A stretch of 63,697 nt of DNA, the filler included, from Octopus bimaculoides (taxonomy: Eukaryota): assembly GCF_001194135.2 (NCBI RefSeq). It is 5 parts of 5 records of this genome, joined end to end, with 100 filler letters (N's around TTAATTAATTAA, not from the genome) between each part and the next. Parts side by side here need not be neighbours in the genome. Positions count along the whole stretch, not along the records: positions 1 to 20,852 come from NC_068985.1; 4 more parts are not named here. One strand, given 5' to 3'. Position 1 is the first letter of the stretch; each line of letters begins with the position of its first letter. Positions 1-12,491 of the stretch are shown in pieces. The translations under genes were made by a program, and so were the position numbers. The notes beneath the pieces are model-generated. The model saw nothing but the letters and a program-made list of their open reading frames with translations, did not search any database and was not told where the DNA came from.

Positions 1-296
<296 letters not shown>

Positions 297-365
297 ACGG
301 CGGCGACACCGCGGAGCAGCAGCCTTCGTGGTGAAACTAATAAAACTAATAAAAGAATAGAGACG

Positions 366-406
<41 letters not shown>

Positions 407-623
407 GTGTGCGAACGTCTGTGTGTATATGTGTGTAGGCATATGTGTAGGTATGTGTGTTTCGGGGTATTTTTGCGTTCGAGCCTATCCCTGTGTGCTT
501 TTTTACAACGGAGATGAGTTATTGCTTTGCTGTTGCCAATTCTAAGAATGTCCTCCAACCTATCTGTCATGTACTAAATAAAAATATCAAGGAACTAAGA
601 AAATAAATAACACAACACATCAC

Positions 624-751
624 CCTATGAAGGAATGTGAGTTGAGGGACATTGAGAAAAGTTCTTTCAATTCTCCGCCGAATAATGCGTTGATAAAAAT
701 GGAACTGAACGTTAATCAATTTAATCCAATGTTCCCAAATGGTCTGGGGCC
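624..751 (-). CDS. Candidate isolated coding exon, product unknown
   Basis: Minus strand tattattttacag|GG CCC CAG ACC ATT TGG...CAT AGG|gtgatg; open frame PQTIWEHWIKLINVQFHFYQRIIRRRIERTFLNVPQLTFLHR. No family recognised. Confidence 0.2.
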
Positions 752-1029
752 CTGTAAAATAATATCACGCGAAATAATTCTTGAAAGGCTTCTTAAGCTT
801 TCCTCCAGTCTAGGAAGAGATCAGTAATCTCCCAGAACTTTTTTGGGTCACGTTAATGTATCTTAAATCGGTGTACGAGAGATATTCATTAAAGATACCC
901 CTGATCCACTTCCAGTTATTGCAAAAAATAACTTCAAGTAGTATAGTCATACATATCTCTACATGTCACATTGTAAATTGCAGCTTTCTACTAGTATTCG
1001 TTTGTCTTTTTCGGCTACTGAAGTGGACT

Positions 1030-2053
1030 ACAGTCTCATAATTGAGGCAGTTGAATGCAGATCACTGATTAGGTTCCTATACTTGAAAGTTTCTACACCT
1101 AAAGAGAGTTTCAATGAGATGGAAGAAGTTTATGGTGACGATGCACTATGATACGACGTAGTCAAGCACTGGCAGTGCCGGTTCTAATGTTGCGGGGCAT
1201 CGGTGGAAACTGATCCTATCCATGGACGACCACATTCTGCCATTGATGATGACACCATCCATAAAGTGGAAGCCGCCACTTTGGAGGATCGCCGCAAAAT
1301 TATTGGCCAACTAGCCCAAGAAGTGAAGTTAAGTATAGGCTCCATGGAAAAATGATTCCCAGCCATCTTCACATGAGGTTACCTGGTTGATCACACCTTA
1401 TCAGAAGCAGGGACGAGTCAACAGTTCCTAGGCTCTTTTGGCAATATGCCAAGAAAGCGAGGCGGGCTTTTTAGGCAGGCTTATCACGCACGATGAAAGA
1501 TGGGTCATCACCATGATTCTGCGACTAAAGTTCAGTTGTAGCAATTGAAGTATGATAACTCACCACCTCCAAAAAATTCCCGTGTCCTACCGTAAGCTGG
1601 CAAGTTACTGTTCACAGTTCTGGAAACCAGCGCGGAATAGTGATGGTGGACTTTCTGGCAAAAGGCACTGGAATTAACGGAGCATATTATGCTTCTCTGC
1701 TGCAACACTTGGGGACGCCATCGCTCTAGTTGACAATGTGCATGTTGCTCAGATGAAAGAACCTTTTTGCGGCTATGAGATCCTTGCTCAACCCCCTTAC
1801 TCTCCCATCTTTCCACCATCTGATTTCCACCTCTTTCCAATCATGAAGTCTTTTTTGAAGGGGAATCATTTTCGGTTCCAGACGCAACGTACCAACTTCT
1901 ACAGAGAAGGTATTCACTGTTGCATAAAGCCATGGGAGATGTGTGTTATCATTGGTGATGGATACGTAGAGAAGCACTAATAATTCTGTCAAGTTTCGTT
2001 AATCCCTGTCTCTGGGAAGTGGGTCAGGGGAAATCTTTAATGTACGCCACTCG
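1030..2053 (+). mobile_element. Decayed mariner (Tc1/mariner) transposase pseudogene with right end
   Basis: Frameshifted motifs: LIRFLYLK..PKE.FNEM.EVYGDD (HTH), GRPHSAIDDDTIHKVEAA.LEDRR, FLGRLITHDERWVHH (first D), EILAQPPYSPIFPPSDFHLF (YSPDLAPSD-like), C-terminal GDGYVEK. Ends ...gtacgccactcg|TA. Confidence 0.9.
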
Positions 2054-3201
2054 TATGTTGTACCGATTTTGGAAGCATACGATACGCTTCTTCAGAGGAA
2101 GCTAACATATGATGAACCGCTTAAAGATAAGAAGCGCATCCTTCTTTCAAAGAGCGAAAGAGCATACACACAGAGGCGTTGGCCGCCTCTGGCCCAATTT
2201 TCGAATGCAACTTCCCCTTAGTCAAACACTAGCCGACGCAAGTAAAGTGTTTTCGTAACGGTCTCGCACTTCGTATCCAACTTTTAAAAAAAACGAGTGA
2301 CTCTACAAATGTTTGAAGATATTTAATCATGTCTTCTTCGATATCTCTTGAGAACGACGAATTACTGTCTTTTCCTGCACTCTTAAAGGAGTACAAAGAT
2401 ATACATACGGAAAAGTGTACACTGATATATATATATATGGAAACAAAAAGTGTACAAGGATATGTACACGAAAATAAATAACGGAAAGTTATGCACGCTA
2501 TTTATGGCTATCTATTTGAAAACAGGGTACTCAAATGCTTGGCTAGAATTTATATCAATGCTTGAATGTATAATATATTTTGCATCTATAAAGCTAAGTT
2601 CCACTCGTTAAGGTTTCATGATGTTCTCTTCACTTATAAATTAGTTCCACTGGTTTTTTCCCAGAAGATATACAGACATGTACGCATTATTTTGTATGGA
2701 TATTGACATCATTCGATCTATAAATAAATGAAAAATAGTTGGAAGACATGTATGAACAGACATTGGAAGGTGGTAGAACATGAAATTCCGAACTTCATGA
2801 TCGAAGATTTGTCTTTAAATGCGGGAACATGTTCACACATTTAAATCGTACAATTTCCAGTTACAAGATTCTTGAAGTCTATAAGTCTGTTGGAAAATAT
2901 TTACACAGTTTGCTTTGGCAATTCTTCAGAGAAAGTAAACAAGTAACCGTCTTGACTTATCTTAGGTTAGAACAGATATTTATTATTTACCATTGAAAGA
3001 GCAGCAATGACTATTGTGGAAATTATAGAAAGAAAACCTAAGTACATCCAAAATCTAAATCAAACGCTAATTCCAGTAAAGCTCGGTATGTTACCCACTA
3101 TGATCTATTTCGAGTAAGTCAGTGATCGTCTGTGGTAACATCGAGGCGCAAAACTGTTAGGAAAATGCAAAACGTATCCACATGTAGTAATATTCTCAAT
3201 G

Positions 3202-3384
3202 TTATTTTCTGCCGTCGTCTATATCCTGAATAGTCGATATATCGAACAGCTTATAAGCTGCCATTTGAGTCAGCTTTAATAAAATACGATTATTTCTTGA
3301 AGAGAATAAATCTCCAATTATCACGTCAAACAGTGCGAATATGCTCTCATTATCGTGTCGAAACGTATGAGTCAGACGCATGAT
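3202..3384 (-). CDS. Candidate terminal coding exon, product unknown
   Basis: Acceptor ttatcttcatacag followed by 60 open codons (IMRLTHTFRHDNESIFALFDVIIGDLFSSRNNRILLKL...DDGRK*). It could also be chance or TE antisense sequence. Confidence 0.15.
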   Translation of the reverse strand: MMRLTHTFRHDNESIFALFDVIIGDLFSSRNNRILLKLTQMAAYKLFDISTIQDIDDGRK

Positions 3385-3863
3385 CTGTATGAAGATAATT
3401 AGGATGTCAAAGTTGATGCTCTAGAACAAACTGAAATGTATAAGCCACCAAAGAAGACTACCGAAGCCCTTTCACTAATGTTACCTCAAATACTATGTCA
3501 ATGAAGCTTATCACCAAATTATAGGAAACAAGTCAGCAAAAGGGCTGCAAAGTAGTGTGTAACAATTTCTCATTTTATTGCAGGAAACATCATGAACAAA
3601 ACGGAGAAAAAGCTAGAACACGATGCACTATAACAGTTTAGTAAATATAATATTGACGAATGTGCTTGATCAGTATTGATTATAGTATCGTGGAAGAATG
3701 AATATCGTTGTGGAAGTGCATTCTATTGAGGGGAACCTATAATCTTGAAAGACCATGAATCTGCTCCAGAAAAGCTTGTTTTAGTCATATTGACAGAGTA
3801 ATGTCTGCTATATCGTTTTGAGATTTGGTTTGCATGTTTCTTTATGTGAGTTCGTGTGTTGAA

Positions 3864-4141
3864 ACATATTGTGCTGTGTCTGGGGAGAGTCATTCTCTTT
3901 TAGTGCCTTATAATTTAACTCATTTACTGGAAAATTTCCACTTTTTTTTTCTTTTTCTAAAAGTTCCGTTCCGTCTTGCAACCTTTTCAATAGATTTGGC
4001 TCTCAAAATTATTGAAGAGGTTGGTAGACACATCGAAAATTTTAGAAAAATATGAAAATGAATAAGTGGAAATTTTACCGGTAAGTGTGTTAAATTATAA
4101 GACACTAAAAGAGAATGACTTCTCCAGACACAACATAATGT
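3864..4141. repeat. Local inverted duplication (about 77-bp arms, about 125-bp spacer)
   Basis: 3864-3941 is the reverse complement of 4066-4141 (gtggaaatttt...ttaaattataag.cactaaaagagaatgact..ccagacaca); visible as twin peptides LNYKALKEND / LNYKTLKEND in the ORF track. Confidence 0.8.
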
Positions 4142-4427
4142 CTGCTACGATTGTAGAGATAGGAACGTGTGTGACATTTCTCGTCAAAATTTCACTCATG
4201 TATACCTGTGACTTTTTCCCTCGTATGTGCTCTTCTACGTCACTATACGACAATCAATACTGTTTATCTTGCATTTTAAAAGTTGAAGTTGTTCGCGTCT
4301 GCTACAGCCTCCTATAGGTGTGAAAAAAGACATGTTCGTCCCCATATTTCGGCTTTCATATGAAGGGTGTCCATGACACCTTTGATATCTTTGAAACGAA
4401 CTTGGAATTCAGTTGTTTCCTTTTGCT

Positions 4428-5445
4428 TCTCCATATATATATAACACTGAGTATGTGTGTCAGACTGTCACTATGTGTGAATCGCTAAAACTAAAAGACA
4501 TCCGAACCGATTTAATTCACATTTTATACATGCATTACTTAGCGTCTGTGGAGTGTCATGCACCATAATAGTTTCAACTTTTTTGCCTAAGGTGGGCCCG
4601 GAGCAATATTTTAGACTGGTTCGATATTACGTGTCAAAATTTAATAATTTCACTTTTATTCTTTCACTTTTAATTCTAATGTCATAGCACTATAATATTG
4701 TTTCAATTATCTTATTTCTATTATATATTAATTTGTATCCTAAAACGAAATTTATCTATATAATTATTGTGGCATTTACCGTTAAATTAGCAGCTCATAC
4801 CTGTGCTTCTGTTTGGTTAATTTGCTTATATTTGGATAATTTACACTGCATACAAAAATGAAGACATACAACTGCTTACAAAAATAAAGATTAACGTATA
4901 ATTTTTCTATGTTCATAATATTTTATTTACAATAGAGAAAAATATGCCACCAAAGAAAAGAAGTAATCTCTCCAGAAACAAGTATATAGCAAGGAGGATT
5001 GTAGAAAACCGAAGGTGAGAGTATCGACAGAGAAGGGAGATGAGACTTTCTCAAGATCAGAAAATGCATGCTGCAGCACTTAATGCTGAATCTTTAAAAC
5101 AAAGTTTAATGAGGTCTAATAAAATAGCTCTCAGAAACAGAACTAGTACAAATCTGTTCTTCATAGCTACTGCACCTGCTTTCAGATATGATCCAGCTCA
5201 TTCCAATAAAATGATAATTCCGGTGGGCTAAACGCAAATTGTGGTTTGTGTAAAGCTTTAAAATTCCAAATGAAACTAATAGCATATGCTGTTCAGGCAG
5301 TAAGGTAAGATAGGCAGCACTACCAGCTCCTCCTCAATCTCTTATAGATCTTCTGGAAGGCACTTCCAGCTAGTCAAAGCATTTTCTGAACAACATCAGA
5401 TAATATAACTCTGCATTTCAAATTTTATTCATCTTACGTCGAGCT
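4428..5445 (+). mobile_element. Helitron 5' fragment (RepHel N-terminus, pseudogenised)
   Basis: ATG at 4944 MPPKKRSNLSR; AFRYDP; C..CKALKF..ET..CCSG.KV..AALPAPPQSLIDLL.G.....KHFLNNIR.YNSAFQ, the typical Helitron Zn-finger-like N-terminal block. The 5' terminus near 4428 is tentative. Confidence 0.8.
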
Positions 5446-5516
5446 GTGCGGATAATACAGGACTGATATGGTGCTTCAACTTAAGTACCTAATTCAAGTG
5501 ACTCTCAATTATTTCT

Positions 5517-5555
<39 letters not shown>

Positions 5556-6843
5556 NNNNNNNNNNNNNNNNNNNNNNNNNNNNNNNNNNNNNNNNNNNNN
5601 NNNNNNNNNNNNNNNNNNNNNNNNNNNNNNNNNNNNNNNNNNNNNNNNNNNNNNNNNNNNNNNNNNNNNNNNNNNNNNNNNNNNNNNNNNNNNNNNNNNN
5701 NNNNNNNNNNNNNNNNNNNNNNNNNNNNNNNNNNNNNNNNNNNNNNNNNNNNNNNNNNNNNNNNNNNNNNNNNNNNNNNNNNNNNNNNNNNNNNNNNNNN
5801 NNNNNNNNNNNNNNNNNNNNNNTATATATATATATATATATATGTATATATCTGTACATATGTATACATATGTATGTAGTTCCTGTTATAAGCATTTTGA
5901 TACGAATTTTTTCCGTGTAGTAGCTTTAGATAATTGATACACAGTGCAGGAAAATGCAATGGACAGCAAGGAATATTAGAGTTTGGCAAAAATAATCTAT
6001 TGACCCACTAAACAGGAATGACAATTACCAAGGTAATCTCATTCATTACATTTCTTCAATGAGTATATTATTTTCACATATATTTGAAGAGTCAGTATTA
6101 CCTAATACCACAGTGAAATTAGCTTAATCGGTTAAACAAAATAATGACGAACTATTTACTGCATCAAGTGTTACGTTTGAATATTTACTGCATTAAATCT
6201 TCGTTTTGAATATTTTGTTTATGATTTAAACATTATATATAACCACGATGACCTTGTTGCAAGTTGAAACCAAATTAATGGCGTTTTTTTGTAGACTTTT
6301 CTTAATATAAGATATAACACGTCACACTTACACAGCTTTTAAATAACAAGAACTAAACGAAGAAAGAAGAAAAAATATGTGCAATAAATGTTCCAATGAT
6401 ACAACATATATGGAGTGAAACAGCCGTTTAAAGTAAACTATTACCATATATATTTCTGTTTCGTCTGAGAATAATTTAACATAGGTATTTTTATATCTCG
6501 TAGTAACATTTAAATTAGTTTCTAGTCACATAGTAAAAGTATTTCTAATTCTAATGAAGCTAAGACTCCATTACATTTTATATTCCTTTCTTTTTATGGA
6601 GAAGCTCAATAGTTTACGTTTGATTGCATCTTTATTGATGTGTATTTCTATGTATGCTTGGCTTTGTCTATAGCATATAGGAATGGAATTGATAAATGTT
6701 TTCGTGTTTCTGGCTTCCTCTCACTATATGTTTCTGAGGTGAATATATATCGAGAAATTCTTCTACGTGTATATACGCAAATACACACACACACACACTC
6801 ACACATACACATACACATGGATGCATATACATGCTCAGAAAGA

Positions 6844-6881
<38 letters not shown>

Positions 6882-7928
6882 CACACACATGTACACATAC
6901 ACATGACTGGTTTCTTCATAGACACTCCATGCGTCTGCGTGTCGTTGTGAGATTTATTTAAGGCAGTGTCAATACTTACAATCTTCTATATGTTTCTATA
7001 CGAACACATCTCCATATATCTCATTTATATGTTTGTGGCATGTATTTGTAAATTATGTGTAAGCATATACATACGTACACACATACATACACACACGCAC
7101 ACACGCTATATGTATATGTGTGTATGTGTGTGTATGCTTTGGCAGTATTTTTCTTGTAATATCTCTTTCTGGCCTCCTGCACATCATACCACTATTCTGC
7201 CCATATTTTATTATCTGCTCTACTACTTGTAAAATGTAGACTTTGCTAGCAATTATCGTACATCTATGACAAAGAATTTCACAGTGCTGCAAATTTCCCT
7301 AGCGCTTGGTCGTATCTTAGGTTTTATTGCTTGAAATTAATATATTGTTAGAAAGCCGAGTTGCAGATAGTCGAATTTTTCGCATGGAAGCTTGATGCAT
7401 GCTTGGGAAATCAATAGTAACAATTACACACTTTTGAACTCTAGCTTCAAGATTCAATTCTTCTTTGGGAAAAGTCTTCTTTGATTCTGCTAGCTCACAA
7501 GCTATTACTTTTCAACGTAAAATATTTTACCCACTTTCAAAGCTACAACTAATAATATGGCTTGTTAGAAGCACTTACTTTTAAATGGTGCGAAATAAAA
7601 ATAACAATATAAATAAGCAAAAGTACTAGCGAGTGTAAAAGTGAAAATCTTGAGTACTGATCTGGAGTGACGTCACAAAACTTCAACACATCCGAATCTT
7701 TTTTTTGCTTGTTTGTTTTATCGTTTTGCCTGACATATATAATAAAAGCAATCTTCAAAAGAATCTACTTTTCCTTAACATAGTCATATTTTTCAAGCTA
7801 ATGCTCAAAGTTTATAATGAATTAACGTTTTGTTTTCGTTAATATATGTACAAACGCATGCAAATACATACACTCCTATACACAAACACACACACACATA
7901 TGGGTGGATGTGTGTGCGTATATATGTT

Positions 7929-7968
<40 letters not shown>

Positions 7969-7970
<2 letters not shown>

Positions 7971-8380
7971 AGCACGGGCTTGGCTCTGGTAAGAAGCTTG
8001 CTTCCAAACCACATGCTTACGGTTTCACTGTCACTGTGTGACACCTTATGCAGTTGTTTTCTAACTTGAATCGGCCTAGGGCCGATTAAAGCCTTCAGAG
8101 TGGATATGTTAAATGGAAACTGAAATAAGCCGGTCGTATATCTCTGTGTGTTCATCTCTGTGTCTGTCTTCGTCTCCAATCGCAGCTTGACAACTGTTTT
8201 TTTTTTTTACGTCCCCGTTACTTAGCGTCTCGGCATAAGAGCTGGTAGAACAAGTACCTAGGCTTAAAAAATGAATGATGGGATTGACTTGTTCGATTAA
8301 AATTCTTAAAGGCGGTGCTTCAATATCCCCGAAGTCCAATAACTGAAACAAGTAAAAGAAAACAAGAAAAGAATGTAAAG
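7969..8380 (+). mobile_element. tRNA-derived cephalopod-type SINE
   Basis: Same family as 56358-56772: A-box-like ggctctggtaag head, gggccga..aaagcctt core, tail actgaaacaagtaaaaga. Confidence 0.75.
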
Positions 8381-10161
8381 GCAAAAATAATATCCAAGTT
8401 AACATGGATGTCTTGTTTGAATACAGAATGCTGCATTATTAGCCATGAGATATCCTTTCATATACCTACCTGGTGATATCCATTCATATAGCTACTACAC
8501 ACACAGAGCGTAACAAACGAGAATGGTCGGTCATGGTGGCACCGGAATTCTCATATATTATTTCATTCGTCTGGAAAACATCAGTTCGATGCATCCGGTC
8601 ACCGCTTGCCTGACAAATGACGCTACAATGATATACCGAGCCTCAGCATCTTTTCAGACAGAATGTGTTTGTTTTTATGACCCAAGCGCCAATGTGAGAG
8701 GATCTCACAAGGCTAATAAAGCAGTATTCGGTGTTCTAATAAGAGAGACATGTCAAAATTGATATGAATAACCTCTTTGTACATTCCGTTATCCTCGTTA
8801 AGAATTAATTTTTAACAAGCTTACTGGTTATTTGCGACATCAGTGCTCTCTCACATAGAAGGGTCTCATTTAAACTAATTTCTTAAAAAAAGCGGCTAGT
8901 ATGAATCTGTTTCTACACTAAATGTCAACTCTGCGCACCAGAGCCAAAGCTGCATACCTACCATGTGAAATCTCAAACATAAAGAGCAGATACAGTGAAA
9001 CAAATGGAAAATTGCCAACATCAAGCGGCGCCTCAAAAATGTAGCATGCAATATTGCGTTAAGTATGCACTATCAATTTATAAACTTAACAAAAACTATT
9101 TCAGTGTCTTTTTTCAAGCTTGCAACTGCGTATCATATTTTCTAAGTATTATAAACAATCCTCCAAATAATCCCACTAACATCGAGGAAAACCGGATGGA
9201 ATCTGTAGTTATCATTGAATTAATTTAATGGGACTAATCTATCACATAAGATGAATTGTTCTGTTTGAGATCGTTAACATTCGTTCACTGAGAAATTGCT
9301 ATTTCTGAACCGGCGTACTTAATTGGAAATTGGTTTTTAATTGTAAAATATGTCACATATCAGATTAGTGCTTCTCGGTTAAAATTAATCTTCATTTAGC
9401 TTCTTAATAAGAGTATTTATTTCCCACACGGTTTTAGTTTCCAGTTTATTCTCATAAAGAAATAATGTTCGTTTGACATGAGCTTGTGGTTCAATAAGTT
9501 GTATCGGCGGTTAAAAATCCCCGCATGAACAAAATATATTTTTATGATGTACAAACAAAACTTTCACTAATGTAAAAATGAGTGTACGTAGCATTTTATC
9601 AGTCCTTGCTTATATTGATTGAAACTAATGTAATGTTGGGAAAGTTTAACCTATGTGTATGTGTAAGTGTGTATGTGTGTATATGGTAAATAGAGAACGC
9701 AGAGTTGAAACGTTATCAGAACTGTAGCAGTTGCACTAATAAATGAAAATGATAAGAAGATAAGAGGAAAATATATAAGGAAATTCACTGCGATAGTAAG
9801 TATACAGTTATATATTTTGGGTGGCACACATACAAGTTTATATGCATTACAAAAATTGAAGCAGGGAAACTGTTTCATCGAACAAGACATCACATTCTGA
9901 TTTTTCATATGCCTATCAATCTAGATTATATTTCAAGTAACAGAATATTTGAATGTTGCCACAAAGCAGAACTGTTTCGGTACACATTAATTTCTGAATT
10001 GATAAAATGATGCATTCGTTCAAATTTACCATTAGAAAAATCTTTTATATGACAGATCATAGATACGTCTATATATTAATGTGATCTTGCATGAGTCAAT
10101 ACATGCATATGCATAAGGTATCGCTTATAATAAAAATAATAATAATAATATTGATAATAAC

Positions 10162-10195
<34 letters not shown>

Positions 10196-10296
10196 NNNNN
10201 NNNNNNNNNNNNNNNNNNNNNNNNNNNNNNNNNNNNNNNNNNNTATATGTATGTATGTATAAATGTGTGCGTACGTTTGCTTATATTCATATATAC

Positions 10297-10327
<31 letters not shown>

Positions 10328-11675
10328 ATCATATACTATAATATATGTGTATACATGTGCATGTATGTATGTACGTATACAAGTGGATGTATGTGTGTAC
10401 GCAATAATTTATGTATATGTACATAGAAGAACACATTTATATAATTCTTTAGGTCTCAATATACATCCATTTTCCTGTACGTTGTGTAGGTTGTTGCATG
10501 GAATCTTACGTTAACATACATGTCAAGTGGTTCAATACATATGAGTGCTTCGTTCGAGTTATATTCTTTTCTACTACTTTTGTATCTAACACATAAAGAA
10601 CGCAGTGACGGGGTGGGCAATGAAATCAAAAGTTGTTTTAATGCTCTCTGGAAACAAATTGATTTAATCACAGGTTTTTGTTTTTTTTAATTTTAGTTTT
10701 CGTTTATTCCAGTCACCATCAAATGTGTTTTAGCAAGCAGTCCTTCACGTCCTGTTTCTTTGTATCGTTTCATTTCTTTTGTTTTTCTTTTTGCTTAGGC
10801 GTTTTACCTTTGTCATGAATGATAGTTTGACTTGAATATAACTGGAAAATATGGCTCTTGAGAACTTTTATGTCCGAGTTTATTTGATCAAGATAGATTA
10901 TATTGTAGTTCAGCTTATTTGCTTTCCACTGTAACTTATCGTTTGACATTGTGAAAGCATATAAATTGACATTCCACTATCATAATCCGATTGCATGAAA
11001 TGGATTTACTTGGCTGACACTATTTCTTTGTTGTAGAATATCGTGTCTCTCTACATCCGTAAAAGATTTGTGATACGCAAGAAGTAATATCTATATTATA
11101 TATATTTTATTTGTGCAGTACGTTCTGAAGTTTCTGATGCTGTTTAACTCCAGTTCAGTCATGAACAAGCAGGTTCGTGATCAAAGGCGCTTTTCTCGTG
11201 CCTATCTCATTTATTTTCCAGATATACTCTATCAAGGACTACACTATCCAGTACGACATTCCTGTAATGCCATGTGACGATGATCGGTTCACTATTCATA
11301 GCAGATCGAGTGACCGAAAGCAGACAACCACACTGGCTTTTAAATCCTGCTGTTGCGTGATATTCTATTGTAATATCTGATAATACATATTGGTACTTTA
11401 TTTATTACAGTGACATGTTAGAGGAAATATGAATCTAAACAGCTTCTCCTTTTGCTAAGGATAATTGCTGAAATAAAAGATGGGAAACGATGTTGTAGGG
11501 ACATCGAACACACCACGTTATATAAAAATAATTTAGTAGCAGTTATTCCGTTCAGCTATGCTACGAGGTTAAAAGATACTAAGGGCGACTTTGTCTTTCA
11601 TCCATTCGAGCTCAATGAAATAAAGTGGAACTCAAATAACCGACTACTCCGCCTCAAAATATTTTATGCTTTGTG

Positions 11676-11686
11676 ACTATAGTAGA

Positions 11687-11758
<72 letters not shown>

Positions 11759-11771
11759 TCTACTGCTGCTG

Positions 11772-11836
<65 letters not shown>

Positions 11837-11837
11837 G
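11676..11837. repeat. Compound (CTA)n/(CTG)n microsatellite
   Basis: Direct reading; it explains the poly-L/T/S ORFs in the track. Confidence 0.95.
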
Positions 11838-12079
11838 AATGTAGTAACAGGATACATAGAAGGAAGGCTATGCTCTGCTTGTTCCGGTTCTTTACATTCT
11901 CTGTTCAGATTCCGACATTGTGACTTAGCTTTGAAGCTATCAAAACTTGTTGCACCTATACTCAATCGTAAAGTAATTTTACTGCTCACGTATTAGTTTT
12001 CAATGCATTTGCCATCCCCACATCCCTGAGGGATAACTATCCTTCTGCCTAAATCACAACCATTACTAATTAAATCTAC

Positions 12080-12491
12080 TGCATTCTTTTATTATTTAAC
12101 TAGATTCGGTCATTTTACTCCAGCCATAATGGAGCATCACCTTGAAGTCATTTTTAGTCGACTAAATCGATCCCAGGATTTACTTCTTAATCCTGGTACC
12201 TAACCAATCGTTTTTTTTTTCGCTGAAGTGCTATGTTACAGGAGGTAAACCTATCAACACCAGTTGTCAATCAGTGATGGGGACAAATACACTCAAACGC
12301 ATACACACATACACACACTCACGCACATGTATTTGTATATACGACGGGCCTCTTTCAGTTTCTGTCTACCAAATCCACTCACAAGTCCTTGGCCAGCCCG
12401 ATACTATAGTAGAGGAGACTTGCTCAAGGTGTAACATAGCAGGACTGAACTCGGAACCATGTGGTTGAGAAACAAGCCACTCCTGTGCCTA
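12080..12491 (-). mobile_element. tRNA-derived SINE (same family as 56358-56772)
   Basis: Reverse complement gives gtaggcacaggagtggcttg...ccacatggttccgagttcagtcc...accttgagcaagtctcctctactatagtatcgggctggccaagg..gtgagtggatttggtagacagaaactgaaaga. Confidence 0.85.

Noticed and set aside
11654-11996. Poly-S/T/L ORFs (also 21222-21796, 25074-25355, 45078-45299, 46793-47291)
   Set aside because: Translations of trinucleotide microsatellites that are open in several frames.
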